64,000 nt of DNA, from NCBI GenBank assembly GCA_011053095.1, contig DRHS01000002.1, positions 2,122 through 66,121 on the forward strand, in the 5' to 3' direction. A program made the position numbers and the translations under genes. The DNA is from Bacteroides sp. Lineage in GTDB: Bacteria; Bacteroidota; Bacteroidia; Bacteroidales; SM23-62. This document shows positions 47,201 through 56,309 of this stretch, piece after piece (position 1 is the first letter of the stretch; each line of letters opens with the position of its first letter). The notes under the pieces are model-generated. The model did no database searches. It saw only the letters and a program-made list of their open reading frames with translations, and had not been told where the DNA came from.

Positions 47201-48444
47201 TATGGTTTGATCTGGATAAACTTGATAAAATAATCAGCAATCTTATGTCCAATGCGCTCAAATATTCACCAGATCATGGAAAGCTGCGGATAAAATACAA
47301 TTTGACCCGAAAGGAAAACAGCAATTTTCTTAATGTTGAATTCACCGATTCCGGTCCCGGAATTGACAAGGAAAAACTGCAACATGTTTTTGATAGGTTT
47401 TACAGGATAGAATCCGTGACAGGTAAAACCTTTGGTACAGGTATTGGACTGGCATTGTCTAAAACTCTTGTCGAGGTTCATAAGGGAGAGATCCATGTTG
47501 AAAATGACAAGGAACTTGGTGCCAAATTTTCATTTGAGATTCCGGTTTCGAAAAAATCTTTTGATCCAGTACAGACCCAGTCCCAGGAAATGGATTACAA
47601 TTCTTTAAATCAAATTACGGATTTTGAAGATTATCCTGACAAAGACGCAGATGACATACCTGAAATATCTGAGGATAAGAAATTTACCATACTCATTGTA
47701 GAAGATAACATAGACTTCAGAAGACTTCTTTCAAATTATTTTTCCACTTTCTACAATGTCATTGAAGCAGATAATGGTAAACAGGGATTGGAACTTACCA
47801 GTGAGAAGCATCCGGACCTGGTTCTGTCAGATGTGATGATGCCTGAGATGAACGGAGTTGATCTTTGCAAGCAGATAAAGACCAATCTTGAAATAAGTCA
47901 TATCCTTGTAATCCTTCTAACAGCGAAAACAGGAGAACAAACCATGCATGAAGGATATTATGCCGGAGCCGATTCCTATCTTGCGAAACCCATAAACCTG
48001 CGAATACTTCATACACGTGTCAATTCCTTACTGGATCAGAGAATCAAACTGATCGAGAAATTCAACACTGGTTATATGCCAGAACCCGGTGAGAAAAAAT
48101 TACCCAGCCTGGATAATAAATTTCTTACAAAGATCCAGGATCTGATTATGGATAAGATAACCGATCCTGAATTAAATGTTACAAGTCTGTGTCGTGAAAT
48201 AGGGGTTAGCAGCTCCATGCTATACCGTAAGTTAACTCGAATAACAGGCAAATCCCCGGTAGAGTTTATTCGGTTCATACGGCTTCAAAATGCTGCCCGA
48301 CAAATGGTTAAAGAAGATGTTAATGTATCCGAAGCAGCCTATCAAAATGGCTTCAATGACTTGAGTTACTTCAGCAAAAGCTTTAAGAATCAATTTGGAT
48401 CCACACCCAAACAATTTATTAAAGACAAGTCGGGAATAAAATAA
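44293..48444 (+). CDS. hybrid two-component system regulator (HTCS): periplasmic beta-propeller/Y_Y_Y sensor, HisKA-HATPase, receiver, AraC-type HTH
   Basis: 1383 aa. It has repeated propeller blades (LWFGS, MWISTFAGL, LWIGTPYGL, IWVGTENGLF and others), a TM helix (WWAFSIYGILLISILITIYYF), an H-box (FFTNISHELLTPL), an ATPase domain (DSGPGID...GTGIGL), a receiver (DLVLSDVMMPEMNG) and an AraC HTH (AYQNGFNDLSYFSKSFKNQFG). Confidence 0.95.
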   Translation: MIKRQNIVISFLLLLWMSQVIEAQPLPISPEFVRIDSKTGLSSDNVTDILQDREGFLWFTTVDGINRFDGYDIKVFKPDFNTINSFNTVHFQCIEEDAEGNLWFGSYHSGINIYSRVDESVRIIDENGPEGMALLDNHINDIFCDSKNRMWISTFAGLNLYLSDSNKMITFSDDYSPKKTFPRGTVSRTFEDSRGRIIVGTFGEGLFLYNEEEDDFTQLLIDEIYNIEPYENRIWTMLEISMDTFWIGTWAGGLFKAVIKDGDPIEILTHYSTSSDAPNTLNSDIIYSLYSDPDSTLWIGTPYGLHLMENPGSPKSSITIIPAGSKPNEVSNNEINRIFSDRAGVIWLGTGAGGVNKADLSIKKFDLFTIPIEPQLESQAIRAFVKGPDSRFYVGVNGMGFGEYNVNDRTFISYTLIPMFRNVRKDLNAALCFLQDSRGYFWIGTRYFGLIRVRPETGEVKSFFPFESGSSRTIYSLLEDASNNIWVGTENGLFKLVSRDGPEPYQIHRFINDEDDPFSISGNFISEIKMDSRGNIWVGTVGNGLNRIGNSTNTNPQLTFQRYNADRSNPEGLKSDIVYSIHEDANKRIWIGTGAAGLALLNPYNGSFRHFSDNVGIRGDAIYDILEDDQNQLWLSSNNGITKFQFNNPDDTKVENFDYEDGLQGNIFNNGATYKDETGQMYFGGSHGFNRFRPDQFVRNEYISQPAFTQISVSNRPVNIYSALRDGLVIKHKDKSFEFSFTALSFSQEKKNKFSYILDDYDSDWQIVSSNRREVRYTNIPPGHYKFMLTASNSSDAWNDEPLILNIRILPAPAYTWWAFSIYGILLISILITIYYFLVNNIKIKQAYEIEKIEHIRDEKLAQFKLRFFTNISHELLTPLSVISCTVEDFLHNRQIKNDNILAMQRNINRLMRLISQLLDFRKVESGSMKLVVQKGDFNVFMKQMIDNFKPLTSSKNLDIELTGNLEKDIWFDLDKLDKIISNLMSNALKYSPDHGKLRIKYNLTRKENSNFLNVEFTDSGPGIDKEKLQHVFDRFYRIESVTGKTFGTGIGLALSKTLVEVHKGEIHVENDKELGAKFSFEIPVSKKSFDPVQTQSQEMDYNSLNQITDFEDYPDKDADDIPEISEDKKFTILIVEDNIDFRRLLSNYFSTFYNVIEADNGKQGLELTSEKHPDLVLSDVMMPEMNGVDLCKQIKTNLEISHILVILLTAKTGEQTMHEGYYAGADSYLAKPINLRILHTRVNSLLDQRIKLIEKFNTGYMPEPGEKKLPSLDNKFLTKIQDLIMDKITDPELNVTSLCREIGVSSSMLYRKLTRITGKSPVEFIRFIRLQNAARQMVKEDVNVSEAAYQNGFNDLSYFSKSFKNQFGSTPKQFIKDKSGIK

Positions 48445-48460
48445 TTAAAATATTCCTGCG

Positions 48461-50368
48461 ATGAATTTCCGGATATACATTTTGATCTTGCTGAGTTACG
48501 GAACCAAATTTACTCTCACATCTGCACAAACTCCAAACATTCTCTGGATCACCATCGAAGATACTTCTCCTCAGTTTATCGGATGTTATGGAAATTCAGA
48601 TGCCAGGACACCCACGATAGACTGGATAGCTGAGGAGGGCGTATGATTTGAATCTGCTTTTTCAAATGGGACTGTCTGCTCTCCCAGTCGTTCTTCCATC
48701 ATAACCGGATGCAGAACAAATGCTATGGGCACAGGTAACCACCGGAGTTCTTATCCAATTCCTGAATTTATCAGAGGATTTCCGGCATATCTTCGGGAGG
48801 CTGGGTATTATACTTCCAACAATAGTAAAACTGACTATAATACCTCGGAAGCCAGACGTATTAGCCTGGAATCATGGGACGAGAGTTCAGATACTGCCGG
48901 CTGGTGGAAAAGGAAACCGGGTCAACCCTTTTTTGCCGTTTTTAATTTCATCGATTCACATCAGTCCCGCGTCATGACCAATCCCTGGACCATCTACAAA
49001 AGCCAGGTTCTGGATCATCTGGACAAAGAAGAAATCATCGATCCCGAAGATATAACTATGCCGCCGTTTTATAAAGATTCCCCTCCTATGAGGAAGGAGC
49101 ATTCACGGATATATAACGGCCTCAGCCTGACGGATAAAAAAATTGACACTCTTTTGTCTGCGCTAAGATCGGACGGGTTAATTGATAGTACTATTATATT
49201 TTTTTATGCCGATCACGGTGAAGGCATGCCCAGGGGGAAAGCCAATTCAACCGGACTTGGTTACAGGGTGCCATGGGCTATATGGTTTCCTGACATGTAC
49301 AAACATTTATCTCCATGGGGAACCGGAACCCATACCAGGGAAACTGCAAGTTTTGTCGACCTGGCACCAACCATACTAAGCCTCGCAGGTATAGAAATTC
49401 CTGCATATATGTCCGGAAGAGCTATACTCGGGGAACAGAGGACGCATGCAGATGAATTTCTTTACCTCAGCAACGACCGCAGCGGTGAAGCAAGTGACAT
49501 TGAACGTTCATTAACTGACGGGAGGTATATGTACACCAGGGTATACAAGCCATTTTTGCCTGAACACCGATGGCAGAAATATTTCGATTATGCCGAAATA
49601 TGCAAAATCATGGTGAACGACTACAGTGCTGGCATACTTGACCCGGTCCAAAAACGCACATTTCAAAAAAGATCAGCCGAATATCTGTATGATCTCGAAA
49701 AGGATCCCTGGGAGATTCATAATCTGGCTGGGGAACAAGCCTACGAAAATCAGCTTGTAAAGTTCCGTAAAGCTCTAAATGACAATCTGAGCGAGATCAG
49801 GGATATTCATTTCCTTCCTGAATATCATCTGGACAGTATTAGCAGTTCTATTACCCCCTGGGAATATCGCCTAAAAGAGGACCGGTATTCATTCGAGGAT
49901 ATATTCGCAGCGGCCTCACTCTCCGGAATGGGCAGCAAAGTCCTTAAACAGCAGTTAGAACTTCTTAAACATCCCAATGGTGATGTCCGTTACTGGGCTG
50001 GCGTGGGACTAAGATCTCAGTCTATCGACCTTGGAAAATACCGCAATCAAATAATAGATGCCCTTGGGGATGAATACCCCCCTGCCAAAATTATAATCTC
50101 TGGAATATGCCATAATGATTTCCATGAATCCATGGCAAGGGATTACCTGGAGGAAACCTGCAGAAATGAAAACCCCCATCTTGCATTGATGGCTCTCCAG
50201 ACCATTATGTATCTTGATGAGGAAAATTCCAGGTCCTATCTGCCAATGATCCATGAACTTTATGCAGGCCTGGAAAACAAAAAAGGTTTTGAAGGAGTGA
50301 GGGATGCCTGCGAAATGCTGTTGTATGTTTTAGAGGGAAAGGAACTCTCCTATGAGTTGTTCTGGTAA
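48461..50368 (+). pseudogene. S1-family sulfatase interrupted by an in-frame TGA upstream of the active-site CxPxR
   Basis: ORFs 48461-48646 and 48725-50368 are in the same frame. Reading through the TGA at 48644-48646 gives ...TPTIDWIAEEGV*FESAFSNGTVCSPSRSSIITGCRTNAMGTGNHR..., a continuous sulfatase N-terminus. The signal peptide lies before the stop and the CSPSR motif (48677-48691) lies after it. Confidence 0.75.
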
Positions 50369-50520
50369 GGACGGTCTATCCATTCAGGCTGTATGTCAAG
50401 CAGCCAAAAGCAGGTTTTGATTCAATAAATGAAGGATTTATACCAATTTACTTCAATTGATTGGAATAATTTAGCAGAATAAACCCGGTATTACCCGGAT
50501 TTAACTTACATCTTTTGAGA

Positions 50521-52512
50521 ATGAATCAAACTACAATATCTCTTATAGTTACATTATTTATGTTCCAGCTGTCATCATGTGACCAATTACAGGATGCGGG
50601 AAAGCATGATAGCCTGGTTATTCAAATCGATCCTGAAGGATCAGGACGGACTTTTGAGGGGATAGGCGGAGTCAGCGCAGGAGCATCGTCGGAATTGTTG
50701 ATTGATTATCCCGAACCATACAGGTCAGATATCCTTGACTATCTTTTCAAGCCGGGATTTGGAGCTTCCTTTCAGCAACTTAAAGTAGAGATAGGAGCAG
50801 ATGCAGTGGTGGTAGGATCAGAACCCAGCCATGCACGGAACCGAGATGAACTGCTCAATCCCAGGCCGGAATATTATCAGAGAGGTTATGAGTTCTGGTT
50901 TATGAAAGAAGCCCTGAAACGAAATCCCACGATAACTACCTCTGCACTCGAATGGGCTGCGCCGGCATACCTTGGGGGACACTGGACGCAGGCCAATGCC
51001 GATTACATTGTTCAATTTATCAGAGGTGCAAAAGATTTTTGGGACATAGACATTAAGTACATTTCTCCGGGCAAAAATGAAAGTAAAATCAGTACAGAAT
51101 GGCTGAAGGATGTTTTCAAACCAACACTCGATGCAGCCGGTTTTTCCGATGTAAAAATACTTGCCCCGGATAACCTTGGTTATTATTGGGAGATATGTGA
51201 AGAGATGATAACAGATCCGGAGCTTGAATCTGTTATTGATGCAGTAGGCTATCATTATGTATATTATCATCTTCCACAATTGGGTCATGAGGAATATGCC
51301 TCTACAGAATCTGCAAAATCTCTGGATGCATCGCTCTGGGCGTCGGAGGACTGGTCTGCGCACGATGGATCCTGGAAAAATGCACACCTACTGGCCGGTA
51401 TCCTTAATAAAATGTATATCCGTGACCGTATTACAGCTATGCAGATTTGGTGTCCATTCGACGGGTATTATGATAATACCGGAGAATGGAAATCTACCGG
51501 ACTGATGAAAGCCGATCAACCTTGGACCGGATACTATGAAGTCTCCCCAGCCATATGGGCAGCTGCACATTTTACTCAATTCACAGATATTGGATGGAAC
51601 TATATTGACTCCGCTTGTGGTTATTTTGAGTCTTCATCGGGTGGCAACTATACCACTCTGATCAATCCTGAAAAGACCGAATATTCTACTATTTTCTTTA
51701 CAGACAGTGTTGCCAGATCTATCGAGCTTATCTGCCCGGAGCAAGCAAGTGGAAGAATTCATAAAATTTGGCATTCTAATGAGAGTGAACAATTTGTCCA
51801 ATTACAAGACATCGAACCCCTCAATGGAAGGATCACACTCGAACTCGAGCCCGGGTCCATCTATACCATATCTACTTTGGAAGGACGCAGAAAAGGGAAA
51901 GCTCTTTCAGCGATCCCTGATTCCGCAGGTTTCCCAATACCATATGCTGAGAATTTTAACGAGGAACGACCGGGTATGAGTCCCTCGTATTTCGCAGACA
52001 TTCAGGGAAGTTTTGAATTAACATCAGCAAACGGAAAACAATGGCTGGAACAAAAAGTTACAGAGGATCCCATCGATTGGACCTTCTTCAATGCATTCAA
52101 GCCCCTTGGCCCACTTACCCAGGTTGGTGATATCACCTGGGAAGATTATGATGTTTCAGTAGACGTTATGCTCCCCGACGAGGGATATGCACAGCTTATT
52201 GCACGGATGGGAGAACTGCCAGTTTATACCAGTGGATATATACTTAAGCTGTATCATGACGGATATTGGGAATTACTATTAAACAGCCACCAAATATTGG
52301 GCTCCGGCAAAATCGGGAATAAGAGCAATGAATGGCATAGTTTGATGCTGCGATGTTCAGGTTCCAGGATTGAAGCATACATAGATGGATCCCTTCTTAA
52401 GATGGTCGAGGACGACAGGGTTGGAAGGGGACTTGTGGGACTTGGATGCAGCTGGAATAAAATCAGATTCGATAACCTTACAATTGAAGAATATGTACAA
52501 AATCCCAAGTAA
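50521..52512 (+). CDS. GH59 glycoside hydrolase (galactocerebrosidase-like beta-galactosidase) with C-terminal lectin-like domain, lipoprotein
   Basis: Long collinear matches to human GALC as I remember it: [33 protein letters not shown] vs [48 protein letters not shown] vs GYEWWLMKEAKKRNP; KNES (acid/base-type); LWASEDWS vs LWSSEDFS (nucleophile); [14 protein letters not shown] vs SPVWVSAHTTQFT. The signal ends in QLSSC. ATG at 50521. Confidence 0.9.
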   Translation: [663 protein letters not shown]

Positions 52513-52516
52513 ATAC

Positions 52517-53626
52517 ATGGATCGCATAGAAAACTCCAAGGAAAGAATCCGAGCTGTCTATGAACACCGTAACCTTGAGATGCCATATATCGTGAACTAC
52601 ATGAATTACTGGCTTGAGGGTGAAACCCCATCCATGATACCTCAAGATTATTTCGATGATCCTGCTGTTATGACAGATTTTCAGCTGAAGAAGATTGATT
52701 TTCACATGGAAAATTTTCAGGATGATTTCATCCCCCTGCTGCATCCCTGGTTCGGAATAGGAGTGGTACCATCGGCAATGGGATGTGAAATTGAATTTGT
52801 AAAAAATGGGGATCCTGCAATACGTAAAGCCGCCATCAACCACCCCGAACAAATAATGGAGCTGAAAAGGCCGGATCCTTATAGTGATGGACTTATGCCC
52901 AGGGTACTCGGGGCAATCGACTATATGAAACAGCATACCGATATTCCTGTGAGTGTAACCGATACCCAGGGACCCTTGAATATTGCACTAAGTGTATGTG
53001 GACTTGAAAACATGTTCTCCTGGATGCTTATGTATCCGGAAAAGGCACATGAATTAATGGAACTAAGTACAGATATCCTAATTGATTGGGTAAAGGTTCA
53101 GAAAAAACATGCGGGACAGGAGATGGAATCAGGTGCCTGGCCCCATGCTATCCACCTTCCTGAGGGATATGGGGGTGTATGGCTTTCTGATGATGATTGC
53201 ACCCAGCTTCCGGCCGATCTTTACAGGGAATTTGTTGTCCCCTATAACAGCAAGGTGCTAAAAGCCTTCGGGGGTGGGACGATTCATTTCTGCGGAACGG
53301 CGGATCACCAGCTTGATAATTTCCTGGCGACAGATGGACTTACAGGGATCAATAATTTCTGCATGGGAGATTTCAACCAGGTAAAGCTGATGCAGGAGAA
53401 GTTTGAGGACAAGATTGCCATAATGGTTTGTGATTTCGCTCCCCTGGATATGGAAGGATATTTTCATGAAATCTTTTCTGTTATGCGCACTAAAGGCAAT
53501 ATTCTGGCAATTTTTATTGCCCCCGAATTTGCCCTGGGTGACGGACGCTATAAATTGGGTTCCCGCGAGGGTAATGAAACATCGAGGATTATCAATGAAA
53601 TTATTCGGAAGCAATTAAATAGATAA
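52517..53626 (+). CDS. URO-D superfamily protein (MtaA/HemE-like fold), function unknown
   Basis: Start taken at the ATG at 52517, 4 nt after the GH59 stop; the track ORF from 52385 overlaps GH59. N-terminus MDRIENSKERIRAVYEHRNLEMPYIV. HFCG motif at nt 53285-53296. No signal peptide and no RQAGR motif. Confidence 0.7.
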   Translation: MDRIENSKERIRAVYEHRNLEMPYIVNYMNYWLEGETPSMIPQDYFDDPAVMTDFQLKKIDFHMENFQDDFIPLLHPWFGIGVVPSAMGCEIEFVKNGDPAIRKAAINHPEQIMELKRPDPYSDGLMPRVLGAIDYMKQHTDIPVSVTDTQGPLNIALSVCGLENMFSWMLMYPEKAHELMELSTDILIDWVKVQKKHAGQEMESGAWPHAIHLPEGYGGVWLSDDDCTQLPADLYREFVVPYNSKVLKAFGGGTIHFCGTADHQLDNFLATDGLTGINNFCMGDFNQVKLMQEKFEDKIAIMVCDFAPLDMEGYFHEIFSVMRTKGNILAIFIAPEFALGDGRYKLGSREGNETSRIINEIIRKQLNR

Positions 53627-53634
53627 ACTGCATT

Positions 53635-54300
53635 ATGACTGAATGGAAAAATGATGATGAGCTGATCAGGACCATTAAAGAGGAACTGTTCACCGCAGTG
53701 ATTGGAGATATCATGGACAAGATGAATTATCTGAACCAATTCCTTCCTCCTCAGATTCAGCCCCTCCGTGACAACATGATAGTGGTTGGCAGGGCAATGC
53801 CGGTACTTGAGGCAGATACCTTTGGGAATACCGTTGCGGGTACGGCCAATGACTTAATGAACAAACCTTTTGGATTAATGCTCGAGGCGCTTGATGACCT
53901 TAAGAAAAATGAAGTTTACATCTGTACGGGATCCTCTCCCAGTTATGCTTTATGGGGTGAGTTGATGAGCACAAGGGCCATAAAATTAGGTGCTGCAGGC
54001 GCAGTGGTTGATGGGTATGCCCGGGACACCCTGGGCATATTGGACCTGAACTTCCCCACATTTTGCTACGGTAGGTACGCACAGGACCAGGCTCCACGCG
54101 GTAAGGTGATTGACTTCCGGCTGCCAGTTCAAATAGGAAATGCTAAGGTCAATCCCGGAGATCTGGTAGTTGGAGATCTTGACGGTGTCTGCATCGTTCC
54201 CAGAGATATCGAGAAAGAGGTTATCGGGGAGTCCCTTGAGAAAGCCAGGGGAGAAAAAATGGTACAAAAAGCCATTGAAGAGGGAATGAGCGCAAGGTAA
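53635..54300 (+). CDS. RraA-family protein (class II pyruvate aldolase / oxaloacetate decarboxylase-like)
   Basis: 221 aa. LWGELMSTRAIKLGAAGAVVDGYARDT...FPTFCYG...PGDLVVGDLDGVCIVP matches the RraA/HMG-CHA aldolase family pattern (G.....A...G..G.V.DG..RD ... GD.DGV..VP). Confidence 0.8.
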   Translation: MTEWKNDDELIRTIKEELFTAVIGDIMDKMNYLNQFLPPQIQPLRDNMIVVGRAMPVLEADTFGNTVAGTANDLMNKPFGLMLEALDDLKKNEVYICTGSSPSYALWGELMSTRAIKLGAAGAVVDGYARDTLGILDLNFPTFCYGRYAQDQAPRGKVIDFRLPVQIGNAKVNPGDLVVGDLDGVCIVPRDIEKEVIGESLEKARGEKMVQKAIEEGMSAR

Positions 54301-54338
54301 GCTTTTGATAAATTTGGAATAATGTAACTCTGAAAATT

Positions 54339-55499
54339 ATGAAGATTACTGATGTAAAAGTCTGGCTTGTCGAGGGAATAAAGTACAACTGGACCATGCT
54401 GAAGATCTATACCGATGAAGGTTATACAGGAGTAGGAGAGGCTACCAACTGGCCTGGAAGCCCTATCGTTGAAGCTGCAGCAAAACACGCGGGTGAAAGG
54501 ATAATAGGCATGGATCCTATCCGAACGGATTATATCTGGACCAAGCTTTACCGGGACCTTAACTGGGTAGGACCATTTGGCGCTAGTTTATGTGCCATTA
54601 GTGGCATAGATATGGCCCTGCTTGACCTGAAGGCCAAGGTCCTCGGAGTCCCATGCTATGACTTATTGGGAGGTGCATACAGGAATGAGATCCTGCTCTA
54701 TGCAAATTACTGGTTTATAGATGGGGGACATAATGCCCGTGATTATGCTGATCAGGCACTAAAGGTGGTTGAGAAAGGTTTTACGGGACTCAAATTTGAT
54801 CCATTTGCACACACAAGTTATTTTTATGGGGACGATCTTTCCACAAATATGGCATTGGACCGTGACCAGCAGGATAAATCCTATGAAATTGTGAAAGCCG
54901 TCAGAGAGGCAGTTGGTCCAAATGTCGATATACTGATAGAAACACATGCCCTGCTGAATTTCAAGACTGCCATCATAATGGCCGAACGCTTAGCCGAACT
55001 TGATATTACATGGTTTGAAGAACCTGCCGGACCTGAGAACGAAAAGACATTGAAGGTTTTCAGGGAGCGCCTTGATCCCAGGGTCTCAATATGTGTGGGT
55101 GAGAGGCATTATACCCGCTATGGTATCAGGCCAATCCTGGAAAACGGTATTTGCGATATCATTATGCCCGATATTACCCGATGCGGTGGACCATCCGAGA
55201 TGAAGCGAATGGCGACAATGGCAGAAACCTATAGTGTACTGATTGCTCCGCACAATCCCAACGGTCCGTTGAGCACCCTGGCAAGTGGACATGTATGTGC
55301 CTCTATACCAAATTTATACCGACAGGAATTTATGCTGAAAGATGTGCTCTGGAGAGATGAAATCATCGATCACCCCCTTGAGTTCAAGAATGGGCACCTG
55401 GTACTTTCAGACCGATCGGGACTTGGGGTCGATCTTGTAGAAGAAGTGATGGAAGCGCATCCTGGTATTCGTAAAGCGAAACAGGGTTTTTATGTATAA
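54339..55499 (+). CDS. enolase-superfamily sugar-acid dehydratase (mandelate racemase/muconate lactonizing family; galactonate/mannonate dehydratase-like)
   Basis: MKITDVKVWLVEG...LKIYTDEGYTGVGEAT is a DgoD/ManD-like N-terminal capping domain. Barrel motifs: GIDMALLDLKAKVLGVPCYDLLGG, VDILIETH, ITWFEEP, ICVGER, DIIMPDITRCGG. Confidence 0.85.
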   Translation: MKITDVKVWLVEGIKYNWTMLKIYTDEGYTGVGEATNWPGSPIVEAAAKHAGERIIGMDPIRTDYIWTKLYRDLNWVGPFGASLCAISGIDMALLDLKAKVLGVPCYDLLGGAYRNEILLYANYWFIDGGHNARDYADQALKVVEKGFTGLKFDPFAHTSYFYGDDLSTNMALDRDQQDKSYEIVKAVREAVGPNVDILIETHALLNFKTAIIMAERLAELDITWFEEPAGPENEKTLKVFRERLDPRVSICVGERHYTRYGIRPILENGICDIIMPDITRCGGPSEMKRMATMAETYSVLIAPHNPNGPLSTLASGHVCASIPNLYRQEFMLKDVLWRDEIIDHPLEFKNGHLVLSDRSGLGVDLVEEVMEAHPGIRKAKQGFYV

Positions 55500-55517
55500 C
55501 CCATATTAATATTAAAT

Positions 55518-56309
55518 ATGATACCCATTGATCTCAAAGACAAAGTGGCCATTGTGACAGGTGTTTCCAGTGGGATCGGTGCCGGTGTTGCGGCAACCCT
55601 TGCAGAAGCTGGCTGCCACATATCCTGTTGCGCAAAGAATAATCCGGATTCCCCGGGAGTCTTGAATTTCATACATACAGTGGAATCTCTTGATCGCAAA
55701 TGCATGTATCAGAAAGCAGATGTCACATCCACAGAGGAAATTCAATCCTTAGTAAAAAATACCGTTGATAAATATGGCAGGATTGACATCCTTATATCCA
55801 ATGCGGGAATGAATGTTTTTAAAGGTGCTGAGGAAGCTTCAGAAGGAGACTGGGATTTTAATATGAACCTCAATCTGAAGTCTCACTGGACAATTGCCAA
55901 ACTATGTAAACCATATCTATCAGAAAGTCCGAATGGTGTAATTATTATTAACTCCTCCAATCATGCCTACAGTACAATACCCGGTTGTTTCCCCTATAAT
56001 GTATCCAAGGCTGGAATTTCTGGCCTGGTACAGTCCATTGCCATTGAATGGGGACCTGATATCCGAACCATTGGGATTGCTCCCGGATTTATCGTTGTCG
56101 AAAGCACAAAAGCATGGTTCGATTCCTTCCCCGATCCCGGGGCTGAGCTGGAAAGAACCATACAGAGACATCCTGCGGGCAAGATTGGGACTCCCCAAGA
56201 CATAGGGGCGTTCTGCGCTTTCCTGGCCAGTGATTATGCGGGATTTATTACAGGTGTTACCTACCTTATCGACGGGGGCAGATCTGCTCTAATGCAGGAT
56301 GATCAATAA
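55518..56309 (+). CDS. short-chain dehydrogenase/reductase (SDR)
   Basis: TGVSSGIGAG (TGxxxGxG), NAG and YNVSKAG (YxxxK). 263 aa. The stop TAA (56307-56309) overlaps the next ATG (56309-56311). Confidence 0.9.
   Translation: MIPIDLKDKVAIVTGVSSGIGAGVAATLAEAGCHISCCAKNNPDSPGVLNFIHTVESLDRKCMYQKADVTSTEEIQSLVKNTVDKYGRIDILISNAGMNVFKGAEEASEGDWDFNMNLNLKSHWTIAKLCKPYLSESPNGVIIINSSNHAYSTIPGCFPYNVSKAGISGLVQSIAIEWGPDIRTIGIAPGFIVVESTKAWFDSFPDPGAELERTIQRHPAGKIGTPQDIGAFCAFLASDYAGFITGVTYLIDGGRSALMQDDQ

Noticed and set aside
48644-48646. TGA recoding (selenocysteine, or an alternative genetic code reading TGA as Trp/Gly).
   Set aside because: TGA terminates other clearly complete genes in this window (for example 2388-2390 and 58322-58324). 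I saw no obvious stem-loop immediately downstream. The position is not a known Sec site in sulfatases.
52385-52516. The track ORF 52385-53626 would overlap the GH59 gene by 128 nt.
   Set aside because: The upstream part is read out of frame from GH59 coding sequence. The ATG at 52517 (4 nt after the GH59 stop) gives an N-terminus (MDRIENSKERIRAV...) that aligns with the other URO-D-like paralogues.
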